Below, in pieces: positions 59,674 to 64,000 of a DNA stretch of 64,000 nt. Every line of letters starts with the position of its first letter. Positions within the stretch are counted from its first letter, which is position 1. The position numbers and the translations under genes are program-made. Origin of the DNA: Vicugna vicugna (Eukaryota); assembly GCA_013265495.1 (NCBI GenBank), contig MU058540.1, positions 829,696 through 893,695 of the forward strand, read 5' to 3'. The notes beneath the pieces are model-generated. The model was given only the letters and a program-made list of their open reading frames with translations, made no database searches and was not told the origin of the DNA.

Positions 59674-60199
59674 GATCTAGATCATGGAGATGTGTGTGCA
59701 AAGGACCTGAGGTCTCCCAAGGCTTCAGCACTCCTTAACACTCAGGCTTTCAGCATCCTCTTTATGTTTGACATCCTTTTCCTTTCATGCATTCATTCAT
59801 TCTACAAACACAGACATGCATTAAAAAAATAGTTGTCTATTGTATGGAGCACTTCCCGGTGTTCTGTGGTGGGAGATATCTCAGGATATTCACTTGCCAC
59901 TCCTGCCTGCATCCACCTCCCTAATACTGGCTGTTCTGGCTCACCTCTTACTGTCTGGTGACCACCTTCTCTATTTCACCCTTTCTCCCTGCACCAGTGC
60001 ACATCCGGAAGCCCCAGGAATGTTACTGAAGGTTTGAGAGACAATCGGAAGAGTCGCGAGAGGGTGTGTGTGACATGTCCACCAGCAGCAGTAACTTTTC
60101 CACAATCTCCCTTCTCTTCAAATCTCCAGATCTGTTCACCTGCCTCAGTCACAACCTCAGAGAGTGTCCTTTCCTCTTCGCCTCCCAAAGTCCAAGACC

Positions 60200-60318
60200 C
60201 AAGCAATTCCTGAAGCAGGAATATGCATCCTGTCCCTTGGAGTCTGCGTCAGGAATCCAGGGCCCACAGGAGATGCTCAGTATTGACTTGTTGAATGAAC
60301 GAGTGAATGAATGAATGA
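60200..60318 (+). mobile_element. L2 3' terminus
   Basis: tgctcagtatt..ttgttgaatgaacgagtgaatgaatgaatg. Confidence 0.75.
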
Positions 60319-60757
60319 GGCCCAGCTTCTGAGCCAGGCAAGGCAATCACAATAAGCCAACGTACATTTCCCGCAAAGTGACACCATGTTGGGACAGCCC
60401 TAGTTTCAGTCTAAATGCACATTTAGGGAACACATCTCTAATGCTTCAAGGGCACAGCTGGGCTAGAGGAGCTCTCAATTTCCATAACTAAACAGCACAC
60501 TTAACCTCGCAAACCGCAGTTTCTGCGCTCCAATTTGTTGTGACTTTACAGTTTCCTGTGAGAACAAACAGGGTGGACTCTTGCTTGTTTGTAACTACAG
60601 GGCTCAGCCTGGGCTAAGGGAAAAGCAAAGAGAGCCTGTTCCAAAGCCTTAGTTCTCTACCTCCGGAAACTCAAATAGCCGCAACCCCCAACTGGCCTCT
60701 CCCTGGCAAGGGTGGGACAAGGTCTCTGTGGTCTTAGCGGTCCCTGGAATTCCAGGG

Positions 60758-61604
60758 TCATTCACTCCACTCATTCATTCATTTAATAAATGTTTGTAGA
60801 ACATCTTCCATGTGTCAGGCACTATTTCAGGCATTTGAAGTTGAGTAGAAAATAAAGTCCCTGTCCACTCAGCACTTTTGTTCTCCTGGGAGAGACATGA
60901 TCAATATACTACAGGATGTAGGGGGGTGATAAGATCGATGAAGAAAAATGAAGTGTATCAGTGGCCAGATTGATGTGGGGATGTTGTTTGAGGAGCGGTT
61001 GGGAAATGTCTGCAAAGACAACTTGGTTCAGTGAAAGTAAGTCCCAGAATTGGGGGGGGGGCGCAGTGGGTAGGGGAGAAGGGCCCATGGTGAAGAGGAA
61101 GAAAGGGAAGAGACTGGGTAAGAAAGGGAGGAAAGGAGGCTGAAGAAACACCGAGAGCCCACCCCACCGCGTCTCACTGGCCTCGACCAGAGATCTGAAG
61201 CTGATTTTCACTGTGATGGGAAACCCGGAGGGTTTACAGCAGGGGCATGAAAGAATCCTATTTACTTTTTCCCAAGGTCCCACTGGCTGCCGCATCAGGA
61301 CCTGAGGGAAGGGGCAGGAGCTGAAGGCAAAGGGACACTGAGGAGGGCATCAAATAACCCAGGCTAAGGACAATGGTGGTTTGCACCAGCTGGGGAAAAG
61401 CAGCTGGATTTGGAGAATTCTAGAGGCGAGCCATGGGGACTCTCTGACGCCTTGGACAAGGGGTGGGGGTAGGGGTCAAGGTTGATCCCATGGATTCTGA
61501 CCACAAGGATAGTGGGGCCTTTTATTGAGAGGGGAGAGGAGGGAGGAGCAGGCCTAAGAGGTGGTGGAAAGTCTGGATCTGCACACCAAGGTGGAGGTGC
61601 CTGA
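60758..61604 (-). mobile_element. L2 3' region
   Basis: cattcattcatttaataaatgtttg..tgtgtcaggcact; gatgggaaacc.ggagggttt; actggctgc. Confidence 0.8.
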
Positions 61605-62089
61605 TGATGGGGTCCAGGACACGCCACCCCAAAACACGGCACCTTCGCATATTGAATATTTTATACCGAGTGTGTTTAAAAAGTGTGTTCCCCTGACCTT
61701 TCCCCTGCCCTTTTCTCTTGAAACGGTCATAAAACCTTCATGTGAGAGGTGCCCTCCCTAGCCCCGGAGGAAAGGAGCCTCATTTCCAAAGAAAAAGAGA
61801 TGACAAGAATCCTAACAAACAGGCCTTGCTGAGCTCCCCCAGTGCTGCACGCCCCTCTTACTCTCTGTCCTATTTCCAGGCCCCTGGCCACTCTTCATCA
61901 AACCTTGCATAGAAACACTCAGGTCTGTTCCTTTGGTTCTTCTTTCCTTACAAAGGCTCCCATGTCATGTAAAACTTGCATTAAATACATTCGTATGCTT
62001 GTCTCCTGTGAATCTGTCTTTGTCAGTTGAATTTTCAGACCCATCTAAGGACCCTCAGAGGGTCAAGGAAAACTTTGCCTTCTCCAATG
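61605..62089 (+). mobile_element. MER34-like ERV1 solo LTR
   Basis: Starts tgatggggtccaggacacgccaccccaaaa; gagaggtgccctccct, aaggctcccatgtcatgtaaaactt, aatctgtctttgtcagtt.aattttcaga. Confidence 0.8.
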
Positions 62090-62379
62090 CTGGTAGAACT
62101 GGGGAGTGGAGGAAGGGCCACACAAGTCAAGTTCAGGTGCAAGAACAGAGAGCTGAAGATGCACGTTTGGGAGTCAAAGCCACAGGACAAGCCCCTAGGG
62201 AGCAGGCACAGTGGAGAAGTCAGTGGCCTGAGCCCTGGACACACAGACATCCTAAGGTCATTAAAGGTACATGTCGTACCTCATCCCACTTAAAGCTTCC
62301 AGTGGCCCTCTGGCTACATGCTGCCAGGTCTCGGGTGATCTCCCCTTGGGGCCTCTGACTCAGTGCTGCTCCGGTCCCA

Positions 62380-62880
62380 TCTAACAAATCTTAAAAGCAA
62401 GATCTGAAAGGATTTGACCATTTCCAAGTAGCTTAATCACATTCTGGACAGACCTCAAGAATATTTATACATATACAAAAATAATGAGCACCCTATGAGG
62501 TAAAAATTCCCAATATCTGGAATCCAATAAGAAATTATCAGGTATACAAAGGAGGAGGAAAATGCAGCCCATAATGAGAAAAGAAATCAATCAATTGAAA
62601 CCAACCCATAAATGACATGATGACAGAATTAGTAGACAAAGATATTCAAAATAGTTATCCTAACTATATTCCCTTTGTTCTAGAAGTAGAGGAAAATTTG
62701 AACATTTAACTAGAGACATGAAAGATATTAAAAAGAAGAAAAAAGACCCAATCAAGCTTCTGGAGATGAAAGATGAAATCTGGGATTAAAAATGCACTGG
62801 ACACACTTAACAGCAGACTGGATGCCACAGAAGAAAAAGTTAGTGAACTTGAAAACGTAGCAGTAGAAATTATAAAATGA
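62380..62880 (+). mobile_element. Old L1 5'/ORF1-start remnant
   Basis: aaatcaatcaattgaaac, gaattagtagacaaagat, aacagcagactgg..cagaagaaaaagttagtgaacttgaa. Confidence 0.8.
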
Positions 62881-63560
62881 GAGAGTCTGTTCGAGACGGC
62901 AGAGTAGGATGAGCCCGAGCTCACCTCCTTACACAGGCACACCAAAATTACAGCTATTTACAGAGCAGCTATCAATGAGAACAACCTGAAGTCTAGCAGG
63001 AAGAATTTCCCACAACGAACAACACAAAGAGAGCCACAGCAAGACGGGTAGGAGGGTCAAAAATGTGATATAGCCAAGACCTCCACACTCAGGTAAACAG
63101 AAGGGTAATTAAAATCTTAGGGGTTCTCCCCAAGGAGTGAAGGGTCTGAGCCCACACTGGGGTCCCCAGCCTGGGGGGTCCTGCATCAGGAAGATGAGTC
63201 CCTAGAATGTCTGGCTTTGAAGGCCAACAGAGCTTGCATATGGGAAAGTTCGAAGGCTGCAGAAAATAGAGACTTGACTCTTAAAAGGCACACACAAAAT
63301 CCCATGTGTTCTGAGTCCCAGCACAGAGGCAGTACTTCGAAAGTAGTAATCTTGGAGAGCCTCCTGGAGGCAGGAGGCATGGCATGTAGGACTTTCCCCA
63401 GGACTTAGAGACTGATGAGAGCCATTTTGGGGGGCCCACCCTACCACAAGAACACTGATGCCAGCCAGCACCATATTAGAGTCCTCCCTCTAGACTATTG
63501 GTGCCAGGAGCTTACCCACTGACCAGCAGGCCGGCACCAGTCCCAAGACTCCCTGGACAT
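62881..63560 (+). mobile_element. L1 5' UTR (L1M2/L1M3-type) inserted into the preceding L1
   Basis: agacggcagagtagga..gagctcacctcc..acaccaaaattaca.ctatttacagagca; tctggctttgaaggcca; gccattttggg. Confidence 0.75.
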
Positions 63561-63902
63561 GTAGCAGGGGACAGGAAATATCAGGAAAGTACTGAGTTGG
63601 AAAAAGAAAAGGGGGAACGGACACAGGCCTGGAGCCCCAGAGGCAGCCCTTGTGTTTGAGGAGTGGGTGGAAGAAAAGAAGCCCAAAACCCCAGAGGAGG
63701 GGAGGCAGGGAGGGCAGAGGAGAAGAAGAGGGAACACTGTCCTGAAGGGTAAGGCAGCCCCCGCCATTTCTCCATCCTCTTCCATTGCCCCACAACATTA
63801 ACAAAGCCCCTTCTTCTCATCACAGAGAACTAGCGCTGAGGAAGCCAAAGGAAGGGCCTGATTTGCATACTCCAGCCACTCCCCCACCCCTTAGTGTGTG
63901 CA

Positions 63903-63916
63903 GTTGCCATAGCAAC
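63903..63916. promoter_or_regulatory. RFX X-box motif
   Basis: GTTGCCATAGCAAC matches GTTGCCATRGCAAC. Confidence 0.6.
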
Positions 63917-64000
63917 TGGCCCCCAAAGACTCTTCTTTGCAGTCACCTCCCCTTTCCGTACTGCTGCTGCTGGCTGCTCATCCAGGCTCTGAGGGCTCAG

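Noticed and set aside
1..64000. CRISPR array, operon, or prokaryotic/phage defence system
   Set aside because: Mammalian repeat-rich DNA; no regularly spaced direct repeats or gene-dense ORFs

Overview
Mammalian (eukaryotic) genomic DNA, most likely camelid (alpaca/vicuna/camel). The taxon call rests on four copies of a tRNA-Ala-derived SINE resembling Vic-1, recognised from memory rather than by search. I find no protein-coding exon I can support. The ORF track is noise from GC-rich and repeat DNA, except for decayed ERV-L gag/pol and L1 ORF2 remnants. Much of the window is interspersed repeats: L1, L2, L3, MIR, MLT1/LTR16/LTR40/MER34-like LTRs, a fossil ERV-L provirus at ~8.9-12.8 kb, and hAT/Tigger DNA transposons, often nested. 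Between them lie about ten short, repeat-free, AT-rich islands dense in homeodomain/POU/SOX/FOX/CUT motifs. There is also a small CpG island (~37.0-37.6 kb), CTCF-like sites, and a CCAAT-GC-TATA-Inr arrangement on the minus strand at ~22.9 kb. The picture fits a gene desert or large intron of a developmental-gene regulatory landscape (inference). The most interesting observations are the candidate promoter/first exon, a probable L1 3' transduction at 34.0-35.4 kb, an ultra-short TPRT insertion at 30.05 kb and the enhancer-like islands. I found no evidence for a novel coding system. Repeat subfamily names and most boundaries are by eye and approximate. There is an 82-N assembly gap at 38575-38656.
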